Assembly (NCBI RefSeq): GCF_001194135.2
Contig: NC_068989.1
Span: forward strand, 88,366,555-88,430,554
From: Octopus bimaculoides
Taxonomy: Eukaryota
DNA length: 64,000 bases
Direction of reading: 5' to 3'
Shown piece by piece: positions 1 to 11,765 of the stretch. A program made the position numbers and the translations under genes. The notes beneath the pieces are model-generated. The model worked only from the letters and a program-made list of their open reading frames with translations. It was not told the origin of the DNA and searched no databases. How positions within the stretch are numbered: the stretch's first letter is position 1; every line of letters begins with the position of its first letter.

Positions 1-250
1 AAATCCTAAGTTAATCACAAGAATAACGAGTCTTTGCACAAGTGTTTCAACATGTCTTACTTTTATTTCTCACGGAAACAGAGAATTATGACCAATGAAA
101 ATACTGGCTCTTTTGGCTCTATGAAGGAGAAGAGAAGAAAGTGAGAAAATGTCATGAAAAATGATTCCTGGGAAGTCGATGAAGATCTATTTATTTTCAT
201 ACAAAGAAGGAGTCTACACAAGAGTAGTGCAATATATTAGACCCCATAAA

Positions 251-480
251 GTGGCGAGCTGGCAGAAACGTTAGCAGGCCAGGTGAAATGCTTAGCGGTA
301 TTTTGTCTGCCGTTAAGTTCTGAGTTCAAATTCCGCCGGGGTCGACTTTGCCTTTCATCCTTTCGGGGTCGATAAATTAAGTACCAGTTACGCACTGGGG
401 TCGATGTAATCGACTTAATCCGTTCGTCTGTTCTTGTTTGTTCCCTCTATGTTTAGCCCCTTGTGGGCAATAACGAAATA
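251..480 (+). mobile_element. SINE family A (tRNA-like head plus Meta-domain-like core), young copy
   Basis: GTGGCGAGCTGGCAGAAACGTTAGC (A-box-like), GAGTTCAAATTCC (B-box-like), then GTCGACTTTGCCTTTCATCCTTTCGGGGTCGATAAATTAAGTACCAG. More than 15 copies in the window. The Meta-domain resemblance is from memory of MetaSINE consensus. Confidence 0.85.
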
Positions 481-510
481 GGTATTTTGTCTTGTCTTTA
501 CATTCTGAGT

Positions 511-819
511 GAAGGCGCATGGCTCAGTGGTTAGAGCATCGAGCTTACGATCGTGAGGTTGTGAGTTCGATTCCCAGACTGGGCTGTGTGTTGTGTTCTT
601 GAGCAAGACACTTTATTTCACGTTGCTCCAGTTAACTCAGAAGAAATGAGTTGCGACATCACTGCCTTTCCCTTGGATAACGTCGGTGGTGTGGAGAGGG
701 GAAGCTGGTATGCATGGACGACTGCTGGCCTTCCATAAACAACCTTGCCCGGACTTGTGCCTTGGAAGATAACTTTCTAGGTGCAATCCCATGGTCATTC
801 ATGACCGAAGGGGGTCTCC
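511..819 (+). mobile_element. tRNA-derived SINE family D inserted into a second family-A copy
   Basis: GGCGCATGGCTCAGTGGTTAGAGC...GAGTTCGATTCC head and CORE-like CTTGAGCAAGACACTTTA. 11-bp TSD ACATTCTGAGT at 500-510 and 820-830. Host A copy resumes at 820-965. Confidence 0.85.
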
Positions 820-1040
820 ACATTCTGAGTTCAAATTCCGCCAAGGTCGACTTTGTCTTTCATCCTTTTGGGGTCAATAAATTAAGTACCAGTTGCATAC
901 TGGGGTTGATCTAATCAACTGGCACTCTCCCTAAAAATTTCAGGCCTTGTGCCTAGAGTAGAAAAGTATATATTAGGTCCCATGACAAAGGTTAAGAATC
1001 AGCCCTAACTTACACTGTTTTTTTATGCTTTTATACATCA

Positions 1041-1410
1041 GACGCAGGCATGGCTGTGTGGTAAGAAGTTTGCTTCCAAATTACATGCTTCCAGGTTCAG
1101 TCCTATCACGTGGCACCTTGGGCTCTACTATAGTCTCAGGCTGACCAAAGCCTTGTGAGTGGATTTCATAGATGGAAACTGAAAGAAGCCCATCATGTGT
1201 GTGTGTGTGTGTGTGTCTTTGTGTCTGTCTTTGCTCCCCACCACCACTACTTGACAATCAGTGTTGGTGTGTTTATGTCTCCATAGCTTAACAGTTCAGC
1301 AAAAGAGATAGATGGAATAAGTACTGGGCTCCATTCATTCGGCTAAAAATTCTTCAAGGCAGTGCCCCAGTATGGCCACAGTCTAATGACTGAAACGAGT
1401 AACAGAAAAG
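1041..1410 (+). mobile_element. SINE family B (CORE-like), decayed copy
   Basis: GGCTGTGTGGTAAGAAGTTTGC head, GGCACCTTGGGC, internal (TG)n, 3' CCAGTATGGCCACAGTCTAATGACTGAAAC. Confidence 0.85.
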
Positions 1411-1712
1411 ATAAAAAAAAAAAAGAGAAAATAACAAGAAAAAAGCAGAATGAGCAGAAACACAGAGTTGGCCAATCAAATTAACTGCTGACTCATATAC
1501 ATCCTGCAATGTGAAGACGAATGAATCATTAACAAGTGTTGTTAACATAACCCCCTTGTCAAGCTTGATTGAGCAAACAGTCTTGAACACAAAAGGCCAC
1601 ATAAGATAATGTAACCAGGAATACACCTAAAGAAGGAATGGCCATAACTGGATTGTCATTGTTCATATGCTTCCTTAATCAAGATTGATTAACAATCAAC
1701 AATTACTCTTTC

Positions 1713-1928
1713 CTTTCTACTCTAGGCACAAGGCCTGAAATTTTGGGAGAGGTGGGGGGCAGTCGATTAGATCGATCCCAGTACACAACTGGTACTTAAT
1801 TTATCAACCCCCGAAAGGATGAAAGGCAAAGTCGACCTTGGCAGAATTTGAACTCGGAATGTAAAGACACGTGAAATACCTCTGAGCATTTTGCCCGGCA
1901 TGGTAACGTTTCTGCCAGCTCGCCGCCT
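1713..1928 (-). mobile_element. SINE family A
   Basis: Reverse complement of family-A consensus, ending CTGCCAGCTCGCCGCC on the + strand. Confidence 0.85.
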
Positions 1929-2159
1929 TAACTATTGCTATTCTTTACTGGATAAATCAAATATTGTTGTCAAAACATAGATATTATTCATGATGGGTGT
2001 AGGAATGGCTGTATGGTTAAAGTTTGCTTCTTAATTACATGGTTTTGGGTTCAATCCCACTGAGTCCCACCTCGGGCAAGTGTCTTCTGCAATAGCCCTG
2101 GGTTGACCAATGTCTTGTGAATGCATTTGGGAAATGGAAACTGAAAGAATCCTACCACA

Positions 2160-2510
2160 ATTAGGATCAACTTCCCAAGAACATGCCATATGGTGAACTC
2201 TCCTCAGGTCACCAAGGTAGATGAGCACCAAAGAAGAAATACAAGGACCCCTTAAAGAAATCCTTCAGCACCTGCCACATTGTTCACCACCAGTAGCCTG
2301 TTCTTGCCATTAACCATGAAGCATGGTGTCTTCCAGGTAATAGTCTACCTTACACACAACCACAGGATTATCCTGGCAGACAAGAGAGAAAATGGAAAAA
2401 GGACACTACAACCAGCGCTGATCGGCCTAGCTTTCTGTTCAGCTTCTGCAGTCATGACTGTTTGTCCCAAACCAGACTCGTCAGGCATCAGCAAGCCCAC
2501 AACAGACATG
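2160..2510 (+). mobile_element. RTE-clade LINE, decayed 3' fragment
   Basis: Translates to LPKNMPYGELSSG...KKKYKDPLKKS and CSHDCLSQTRLVRHQQA, matching the RTE C-terminal motifs LPK..YGEL..G.R..G..KKRYKD.LK and C.R.C.SRIGL.SH. Stops and frameshifts present. Confidence 0.75.
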
Positions 2511-3081
2511 GACATCCTTCCCCATAAATCTTTGATTGGGAAGCCAAGCCGACAAGATGTGTGTGTGTTTATGTATGCATATGTGTGTGTCTCCTTGTCT
2601 TGACATTGTTGTAAATGTCTGTCCCTCTCATACAAGCAGTGTCAGTAATTTCCAATATTCTGTGTAAATATACCTGGCCATGGGAACATATTACCTTTCT
2701 TAGAAACAGGTGAGGGTTGAAATTAGGAATGGTGTCTGTCCATAGAGGAATCTGCTTCAATATACTTCATTTGGTCCATGCAAGTATGGAAAAGTGTCCA
2801 TTAAAATAATGATAATAGTAATGGGTGAAGGTTAATGATCCTAACAGCAGCTGAACTAAGATGTCTTTATTGTCATCATCAATCATCATCATCTGTAATT
2901 GTCCAGATCGGCTCAAAGGACAAGTAAAAATATGAAAAGTTACCGTTGTTTATGTCAGTTACCTGCCTACCTTCAGCCTGTGCCAGTCACATATTCCCAA
3001 CACATGGTTCTATTTGCACCTAATGATATTAATGGGCACCCTATGGCAGGGAGGGATTTATTTCCTATCTGTTTAACACCA

Positions 3082-3477
3082 GTGGAGGCATAATGGCCCA
3101 GTGGTTAGGGCAGCGGACTCGCGGTCATAGGATCGCGGTTTCAATTCCCAGACCGGGTGTTGTGAGTGTTTATTGAGCGAAAACACCTAAAGCTCCACGA
3201 GGCTCCGGCAAGGGATGGTGGCGAACCCTGCTGTACTCTTTCACCACAACTTTCTCTCACTCTTACTTCCTGTTTCTGTTGTGCCTGTATTTCAAAGGGT
3301 CAGCCTTGTCACACTGTGTCACGCTGAATATCCCCGAGAACTATGTAAAGGGTATACGTGTCTGTGGAGTGCTCAGCCACTTGCACGTTAATTTCACGAG
3401 CAGGCTGTTCCGTTGATCAGATCAACTGGAACCCTTGACGTCATAAGCGACGGAGTGCCAATGAACGAACGATTGAA
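3082..3477 (+). mobile_element. tRNA-derived SINE family C, full length
   Basis: A box TGGCCCAGTGG, B box GGTTTCAATTCC. 12-bp TSD TGTTTAACACCA at 3070-3081 and 3478-3489. Confidence 0.9.
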
Positions 3478-4680
3478 TGTTTAACACCATGAAATGAAAT
3501 CTGGCCTATAAATACTAGGAAAGGACATATATATACATACAGGTACCTAATGCATTTTGTATAATTCTTAGTTCAGACTACAGAATATTTTCTGTTTTAA
3601 TCTTAATAATATGTAACATTCACCTACAATACTTCTTATATTATTCACTCTCTCCCAGTAACCCTAAACACATTTGAAACACTCATCAATTATTGTGTAT
3701 TTTTGTTGCTTACAATAGTAAGCTATACCTCTCTATGACACCTATTTAATTTCAACATGGAAATTTGTATTTTTCAAGAGATTAAGGCAAAGTACTGCAT
3801 CAAAGTACTGGCCTGTGAAGATGCATGACACACAGGTTCAGATGTTAGACTTGTGATTGAGGTTTTGATTCCCACACCAAGCAGGGTGTCGTATTCTTGA
3901 TCAAAACACATCATTTCACGTTGCTCCAGTCTGCTTAAAAGCAGCTGGGAGTTAACCTTTCAATGGACTGGCATCTCGTTCAGTAGGATTAAGTATTACA
4001 CTCTCTCAGTCACTCACATTCCATGGAAACTAAGATGGGCTCCAGCCTAATGAACCTGTACATTCATGTTAAACCCACTCATCCTACTTTTATTTACAGG
4101 CATAGAACCCATTGAACCTTGAGCTGGCAGCTGTACAAATGTAAGGCCAATCTTGATGACCTGCAAACCGACCAAATACAGTGACCCATATGAAGTCCTC
4201 TTTAATGACCAACAGACATGTCTCCAGTTCCCCAAATACTGTAGTCTCTTCCAATAACCTACGAACATGTACTTTACTGTTCAATACAGCAATCAATGGG
4301 TAATCCCCTTTAACGACCAATTATTGTGTCTTCAGTGACCAACAAAAGTTCTCTTTGATGGCATACAACCATTTCCAGTTGCCTAAATCCTAACAAGAAG
4401 TTCCCTTCAATACCCTACAGACATGTCTTTAGTTAACCTATTCGAGTGGTTCTCAATCTTTTCGGCTTAGTGGGATACTAGAGATCAAATAACAAAAATT
4501 ACAGGTGCACTGCACATGAGAAGTTAAAAGGATAAACAAACAATATTTTAATGTTTAAAATTCACAAAAAATATAGAAAACTATTGCTTACCTTGTCTTA
4601 CTAATCACACTTCTGTATAACAAAATAACACGGTTTTCAAGAAGCTCAAGCATTACAATGGATTTTGTTTAAATCCTTAA

Positions 4681-4905
4681 CCCTTTCATGACCAACCCGG
4701 CTGAAACCGCCCCTGGCTCTGTAGTACAAATGTCTTCTTTTCATAAGTTTTGAATTAAAATCTTCCACCAAACTTTTGTCACAATTTATGTTCCTAACAC
4801 TAGCTGAATGATAACCTAGTTATTTTACTAAATTCTTTATTGTTACATTTAAAATCAATTGAAAGAAACACAGAACATCTCAACAGAAATATGGTAACAA
4901 AAGGG
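4681..4905. mobile_element. piggyBac-type MITE (TTAA|CCCTTT...AAAGGG|TTAA)
   Basis: TTAA at 4677-4680 and 4906-4909; CCC/GGG termini. Confidence 0.8.
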
Positions 4906-4925
4906 TTAACAAATTATTAATTCAA

Positions 4926-5142
4926 CCCTTTTGATACCAACCTGGCTGAAACCACCTCTGGCTCTGTAGTACAAATGTCTTGTTTTCATAAGTTTTGAAT
5001 TAAAATCTTCCTCCAAACCTTAATCACAATTTATGTTCCTAACATTAGCTTAATGATAACTAAGTTATTTTACTAAATTCTTTGTTATAAAGTAATTGAA
5101 AGAAACACAGAGTATCTCAAAATGATTACAGTAACGAAAAGG
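4926..5142. mobile_element. second tandem copy of the same piggyBac-type MITE
   Basis: Highly similar to 4681-4905; ends AAAAGG|TTAA. Confidence 0.8.
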
Positions 5143-5267
5143 TTAAATCATATCTTCAAAAATCCATAGAGGATCTTAGATACCGTTTGCAGCACACCAT
5201 TTGAAAATCCCCACCCTGCACAGTGAGCAATGTGAGGTCAGACCCAAGAAACTATAACCGATACACT

Positions 5268-5655
5268 TGTTTCAGTCATTAGACTGTGGCCATGCTGGGG
5301 CACTGCTTGGAAGCCAATTTAGTCGAATGAATCGGCCCCACCCTGTACTTATTTTAAAACCTGGTACTTACGCTATTGGTTTCTTTTGCCTAACTGCTAA
5401 GCTGTGGGGATGTAAACACACCAACACCAGTTGTCAAGCGACAATGGGGGAACAAACACAGACACAAACAAACAAGCATTCACACACACACACACACACA
5501 ACAGGCTTCTTTCAGTTTCCATCTAACAAATCCACTCACAAGGCTTTAGTCAGCCAGAGGCAATAGAAGACGGCACTTGCCCAAGGTGTCATGCAGTGGG
5601 ACCGAACCCAGTCCTACTGTGATCGGGAAGCAAACTTCTTACCACGCCTGAGCCT
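5268..5655 (-). mobile_element. SINE family B
   Basis: Reverse complement of B consensus with (CA)n core. Confidence 0.85.
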
Positions 5656-5832
5656 ATGTATGTTCATTTTTTTAAAATGCATTTTCCCCATAATGTTAAG
5701 ATTTGGATTGAGACTTAGTGAGGCAGAATTTTACAGCCAGATACCCTTTCTATCATCAATCCTTACGTTTTGAATAAGGAATATTTCATTCCACTTAGCT
5801 TCAAAAGCACAGATTTTTAGGACATCCTTTAA

Positions 5833-6046
5833 CCGTTTCGCATTCAGATGACTCTGTCAAATGTAACATTTATTTTCATTGTTTGAATTAACCATGCATT
5901 ATCTCAGAACCTTAAGATCTCAATGGTGTGATTGCTTTCTTTAGAATGACATTGTAGGGTAGGTGTGAGAGACCAAACTCAGCTGGTTTGAATATAAAGC
6001 AGGTAGAATATCTGGGTTGGATATGGCCAGTTTAAATGCTAAAGGG
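5833..6046. mobile_element. piggyBac-type MITE family 2
   Basis: TTAA|CCGTTTCGCATTCAGAT...AATGCTAAAGGG|TTCA. Homologous copies at 9156-9376 and, partially, near 16840-16980. Confidence 0.7.
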
Positions 6047-6239
6047 TTCATTGCTTTTGTCTTTAATTGCTAATAGAATAAATGATGTGTAGTCTTCTAA
6101 ATGTGTGATGGTTGTTATTAAGCCTCAGGTCAGCCCCGTACTACAAAGCTTTTCATTTGACCCTCATAATCCCATATTTTTCTCAGACATAGTTTATTCT
6201 TATTGTTTACAATAATAGCAAGTTGTGCCTCTCTGTGGC

Positions 6240-6400
6240 ATCATCGTCATCATCAACATCGTTTAACATCCACCTTCCATGCTGGCATGGGTTGGATGGT
6301 TTGACAGGAGCTGGCGAAGCAGAAGACTGTACCAGACTTCTGTGACTGTTTTGTCACAGTTTTTATGGCTGGATGCCCTTCCTAACACCAACCACCCTGC
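6240..6400 (-). mobile_element. SINE-like family F 3' part (RTE-type CAT-repeat tail)
   Basis: CATCATCGTCATCATCAACATCGTTTAACATCCACCTTCCATGCTGGCATGGG; same as 18722, 20170 and 20990. Confidence 0.7.
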
Positions 6401-6839
6401 AATAACCTGGAAATGGTGCTTTTTCCAAAAAACTACAGAAGAATATTAACATAGACGCCATCAATTCTTTAACTGGTTCTTGTAGCAATGGGAAGTCAGC
6501 CCTGATTGACCTGCAAATTAACCCAGACCAATGGCCAATATGAAGTTGTCTTTAATGACTGACAAACAAGCTTTCAGTTACCCCAAAACTCTGATAACAG
6601 ATGCTTCTAATTTAGGCACGAGACCAATAATTTTCTAGGAGAGGGATTTAGTTGTTACCATCAATTCTAGTACTCAAGTGGTACTTTATTTATTGATTCC
6701 GAAATGATGAAAGGTAAAGTTAAATCCAGAAGGATTTGAACACAGACTGAAAAGAGTTGTGACTATTGGGAAAAATGTTTATTTAAGAGGTTAAGAACAA
6801 ACTCTAAAAGAGAGAAGGAGACATACAGACAGACAGAGA

Positions 6840-7130
6840 TATGCTTCTACATCATCGAGAGCAGCTCAAGCATGCCCTTCATGCAGCCTTCTTTCAGTAA
6901 TCCAAAAGTGGCCTAGCACCATACATGCCAGCATGGATGGTCATGGCAATTGCATCTGCTGTAATAGTCGCACAAATGTCACCCCCACCCCAACACAGTT
7001 ACTCAACATTAGGCAACAAATCACAACAGACAGGACCAGCACCAGACCTTTCCCAGCTGCAAGATGAGAAGGACTCGTAACGCAGCACTGACTCGACAAA
7101 CCATCATCCTCGTCATCGTCATCATCATTC
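6840..7130 (+). mobile_element. possible highly decayed RTE LINE 3' end
   Basis: CPSCS...KSGLA motif resembles the RTE C-terminal zinc knuckle; followed by a (CAT/CGT)n tail. Confidence 0.3.
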
Positions 7131-7352
7131 ATATATTCCTCAAATAAGAGACACGAAACAATAAGAAGTAGGTCCTACCAGACTCGACCAACTAAGCACA
7201 TGTAGAACAGTCATTTAGAAAGGAACAACACAAAACTGACAATATTTCACAAAACATTATAGTTATGCTGATAATGAAAATATGAAAGGTTTTTTTTTTT
7301 TTTTTTTTTTTTTTGAGAAGCAATGAAATTTAGTAAAACAGGTCTCACTCAC

Positions 7353-7448
7353 AATCAGAGGTGTTCATTTTATTTTGGCTGGGCACTGTGAAATTTGGGG
7401 TCTCCAGGATCTGCACATCATGTATCGGCCACTGACTGTCTTTAATTT
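7353..7448 (-). CDS. candidate 96-nt symmetric (phase 1-1) internal exon, product unassigned: (E)IKDSQWPIHDVQILETPNFTVPSQNKMNTSD
   Basis: Acceptor TCCTCATCTACTAG, donor ATT|GTGAGT, one frame open, length a multiple of 3. No family recognised. Confidence 0.3.
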
Positions 7449-7539
7449 CTAGTAGATGAGGAATTTATATATGAAGTGACAGCAGAAAAAAATTGTTCCT
7501 GAGATGACAAGAAAATTGAAAACAGAAAAGCAAATAATA

Positions 7540-7918
7540 NNNNNNNNNNNNNNNNNNNNNNNNNNNNNNNNNNNNNNNNNNNNNNNNNNNNNNNNNNNNN
7601 NNNNNNNNNNNNNNNNNNNNNNNNNNNNNNNNNNNNNNNNNNNNNNNNNNNNNNNNNNNNNNNNNNNNNNNNNNNNNNNNNNNNNNNNNNNNNNNNNNNN
7701 NNNNNNNNNNNNNNNNNNNNNNNNNNNNNNNNNNNNNNNNNNNNNNNNNNNNNNNNNNNNNNNNNNNNNNNNNNNNNNNNNNNNNNNNNNNNNNNNNNNN
7801 NNNNNNNNNNNNNNNNNNNNNNNNNNNNNNNNNNNNNNNNNNNNNNNNNNNNNNNNNNNNNNNNNNNNNNNNNNNNNNNNNNNNNNNNNNNNNNNNNNNN
7901 NNNNNNNNNNNNNNNNNN
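7540..7918. other. assembly gap
   Basis: N-run. Other gaps lie at about 21793-22002, 23816-23915, 27955-28130, 33982-34040, 42150-42159, 43064-43291, 50096-50454, 52075-52084, 52361-52417, 54098-54948, 59036-59478, 60160-60430 and 62170-62179. Confidence 1.
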
Positions 7919-8139
7919 TTTTTTTTTTTGTTTTTTTTTTTATAATTTTATTTTAAATTAAGAGAAAGAAAAAAAAAAGGCATGAAAATATTTTCTTTTG
8001 AAGGTAGATACAGGTTATTTCTTCAAATATAATAAAACCCATCATCAATGAAAGTAATTGATGGAAGATCAAAAGAACTGTACCGAGATTCCAGGTACAG
8101 ATTTTAAAACAATAACGGTACACTAGAATAACATTCAAC

Positions 8140-8800
8140 AATCAATATGTGTATGCGCATGCATGTGTAATTGTATAAATGCATGTATATGTACACATAA
8201 GTATCTCTAAACATCTGTGTGTATACATACATAAGTATGTATATACAAGTGTGAAATTTGTATACAAATATATATCCGTGTACTTTTCTGGTTCTCTGTA
8301 TGCGCATGCATCTGTATATTAATAATGCACATATATACATATATATATTTATAATAATGTATAATAATATACACGCATACATAATCAATATTATTATTAA
8401 AAAATAAAATAATTTTAAATCTTTTAAAGATTTTTGAAAGAAATATTTCGAGTTGTTTTAGCTGTATTCCCACATACGTGTGTGTGTGTGTGTGTGTGTG
8501 TGTATGGACATGCATGATGTGTGAGTGTATGTGTGTGCAAGTGAGTTTGTGCATGTATATGTGTATAAATGCATGCACACATGTTCCTAAACACACTTGT
8601 GCGTGTTTATATGTATACAGGTATGTGTATATGCTCACACACATACATGCATTTATATATATACACACATGCATATACATATTTTTATATATATACACAT
8701 ATACACACATATATATAAATAAATATACTTATATATATATATGTACATACATACAAACACATGTTCATACACATATACACATTCCTACACATGTACATAC
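8140..8800. repeat. compound (TA)/(TG)/(CA) microsatellite field
   Basis: Continuous degenerate dinucleotide repeats; source of several spurious ORFs. Confidence 0.95.
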
Positions 8801-9869
8801 ACAGAACCCAATTTACAGGTGCATTAGAATATAAAGTAATTCAAGAAATAGTGCCATAATACCATTAATCAAAACAAGTCAAATCTTAACAGCAACCAGA
8901 ACAACAACAAGACCAAAGCCATCTGACATAGGCATGAGATTTTAGCTTTATTTAATTAGAGATATTGCAATTTTTGATATTCATGATAGAAATAAGTAAA
9001 ATAGTGCCAGCAGCACAGAGAAACTAATTTACACAGTTCTATATGGAACTTCTCAGCTTAACATAAGACACATCATGAAAACTATCTACAACAACATTTG
9101 CCATGGTAATAACAATGATGGCTTCTAACATACTTTTATAATTTGTTTTAATTAACCCTTCAGCATTCACATTATCCTGTCAAATGCAATACTTATTTAT
9201 TCACATTGTTTTGTATTAATCATTCATTATTTTGTAGCTTTGAAATTTTTATGAGGTAACTCGATTTTTAGAATGATATTGTAGGGTTGGTGTAAGAAGC
9301 TAGATCTGACTAGTTTGAGCATAAAACAGATAGAATAATTTGGCTGGATATGGCCAGTTTTTTAAATGCTAAAGAGTCAAAGGAAGAAGTGGGCAGAACC
9401 CATGATATTTTGAAGATTTTCCATAATTTGGCATGGAAAAGTAACCAAGAAACATGTGGCCGTTAAACTCATGTAATGATTTTGGTTTATCATCTAAGAA
9501 AAGATACAATCTACCTGATGGATTTCCATGCTATTTCCATTTCCTCAATTCAATTCATAAAACAAGGATTAGTCTAAGACTATTGTAGAAGGTATTTACC
9601 CAGTGCAGTGGCATCAAACTCAAGCAACTGTGACACTTACTTCTAACAGAAACAAGGCCCAAATGTTTGCAACAAAATGGATTCAACTGAAGGCACCCAA
9701 AAAGACAGGTGATAGAGTTACACCAGATAATAGATTAAACCTATCATCCATGAAAAGATATAGTCCAGATAAGAAAATTGGGCTTCCACACAGTTTCCAT
9801 TTATCCAGCTTCATTGACAAAGCTTTGTCAGCGACTTATACCACTTCAGCACCACTAATAATAATAATA

Positions 9870-10522
9870 TTCCTTTCAACTATAGGCACAAGATCTGAAA
9901 TTTGTGGGGAGGGGGACTAGTCAATTAAACTGACCCCAGTGTTTCACTGGTACTTAATTTATCCACCCCAAAAAGGTGAAAGGCAAAGCCAACCTCAGCA
10001 GAATTTGAACTCAGAACACAGAGAAGGGTGAAATACCGCTAAGCATTTTGCCTAGTGTGCTAACAATTCTGCTGGCTTGCTGTCTTAATAATAATAATAA
10101 TAATAATAATAATGGTTTCAAAATTTGTGACATGGGCAGCAGTTTTGGGGGAGGGGATGAGTCGATTACATCGACCCTCGTGTTCAACTGGTACTTAATA
10201 TTATCAACCCTGAAAGGATGAAAGATAAAATTGACCTCGGTGGAATTTGAACTCAGAACATAGTGACAGACAAAATACTACTAAACATTTCGTCTGACAC
10301 ACTCACAATACTGCCAGCTCAATCCTTCCTACTAAAGGCCTGAAATTTTTGGGGAGGATACTAGCTGATTACATCAACCCCAGTGTTTCACTGGTAATTA
10401 ATTTATTGACCCTGAAAAGAGGAAAGACAAAGTCAACCTCAGAGGGATTTGAACTCAGAATGTGCAGACGGGTGAAATGTCGTGAAGCATTTTACCTGGC
10501 TTGTTAATGATTCTGCCAGCTC
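9870..10522 (-). mobile_element. three tandem family-A SINE copies
   Basis: Copies at about 9870-10085, 10110-10320 and 10330-10522, separated by (TAA)n or short spacers. Confidence 0.85.
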
Positions 10523-10624
10523 GCAATGATAATAATGATGACGATGACGATGATGAATTGTAACATCAATACAAAATGGCTGCAAGATTTCAGTAGATTA
10601 AATCATCCCCAGTATCAAATAACT

Positions 10625-10990
10625 TGTTCCAGTTATTGGACAGCAGCCATGTTGGGGCACCAACTTGAAAGATTTAATTGAACGAATAAACCCCAGTACA
10701 TACCCATGTCAGGAACTTATTCTATTTTGTCTTTTGCCAAAGTGCTAAGTTACAGGGATGTAAACAAACCAACACCATTTGTCAAGCAGTGAAAAAGTGA
10801 CAAACACACACACACACACATAAACACAACAGGCTTCCACACAGTTTCTATCTACCAAATTCATTCACAAGGTATTGGTTCACCTGGACCTATAATGGAA
10901 GACACTTGCCGAAGGTGCTGTGCAGGGGAATTGAACTTGAAACCAATTGGTTGCAAGGCAAGCCTTTTTACACAACCACACCTGTGCCTT
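10625..10990 (-). mobile_element. SINE family B, decayed
   Basis: B consensus on the minus strand with (CA)n core. Confidence 0.8.
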
Positions 10991-11094
10991 TGTACTTTAC
11001 TTAACCCAAATTTTCCTTTTTTTCTTTAATCCCAGGACTTACTTGATTTTACTGACCTCAGAAGAATGAAAGACAGCAGCAGCAGCCGTCGTCG

Positions 11095-11350
11095 TCGTCT
11101 TTGAACTCTTGAAATCTTGCATGAGTAGCAGGTTAGCTGCTTGCAGACTAGGATACCACACTACCTGTTCTCTTCAACTATCAAATACTTTCCTGATGAT
11201 TATGGTCGTACCAAGGAGGCAAACTTTTCACAACAGCTCTACTGGGCACTCCATTCCCATTTCCGTTATATTCCTCTCAATATCTTCTGATACTATCCAC
11301 AAGGCTCTACAATAATTGGCACTATCTTCCCCTTTTTCAATGCCCACAGT
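11095..11350 (-). mobile_element. R4/Dong-like (restriction-like endonuclease) non-LTR retrotransposon 3' end
   Basis: Minus strand gives K.VPIIV.AL.IVSEDIERNITEMGMECPVELL*KVCLLGTTIIIRKVFDS*, matching the R2/R4-group C-terminus (IIVGALG...LQK..LLGTARIIRKVL). Followed by a 3' UTR and (GAC)n tail. Confidence 0.7.
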
Positions 11351-11479
11351 TGAGCTCTCTCATGTCTAAAAGCACTGTATATGTCTATTATTGAGTGAGA
11401 GAACAGTGCATGCCAACAAAGTGACACTGAAGTACAAATCTACAAAGCCCAGTATACCCATTATGACTACCCATCTGAT

Positions 11480-11765
11480 AAGGGTACACCAGGCACATGC
11501 ATCTCAACCATATGTGTGCGACATGGTGATTTCATATCAAGATAAATGGTACATAACTTTGCAGAGCCCATCCTGCTCAAAGGGTTGTTTAAGGATGTGA
11601 ATTATTCAAACCCCAAAGAATTCCTCTCAACACACGGCTATGATGCTCCCCCAGTACTCCTGCTCATGACCAGAGATGCACTAAGGGATATGCTCAACTG
11701 GTTAAGGTCAAGCAACTGACAAGCAAATCTGTGGTATTGAGCAGAATATTTGCTGTAGCCCATCT
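11480..11765. repeat. interspersed repeat, unclassified
   Basis: Recognised recurrent octopus-type repeat (GTACACCAGGCACATGCATC...GCAGAATATTTGCTGTAGCCCATC); single copy in this window. Confidence 0.4.

Larger units (their letters stand above)
4444..5210. mobile_element. hAT-type MITE remnant (AGTGGTTCTCAA end) carrying two nested piggyBac-type MITEs
   Basis: Left end GAGTGGTTCTCAA; degenerate right end TTGAAAATCC near 5201-5210. Confidence 0.5.

Noticed and set aside
61-118. Minus-strand exon candidate with good acceptor and GTAAGA donor
   Set aside because: Stops in all frames for the 58-nt form. The 45-nt alternative is open but unrecognisable and cannot be joined in frame to the 7353 exon.
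3082-3160. tRNA-like heads as tRNA genes
   Set aside because: They continue into SINE bodies with TSDs and multiple decayed copies, and have no proper acceptor stem.
8104-8834. His/Thr/Tyr/Ile/Cys/Val-rich ORFs here and at 21.7, 24.3, 31.6, 32.5, 37.1, 42.0 and 44.4 kb
   Set aside because: Translations of (CA)/(TA)/(TG) microsatellites.
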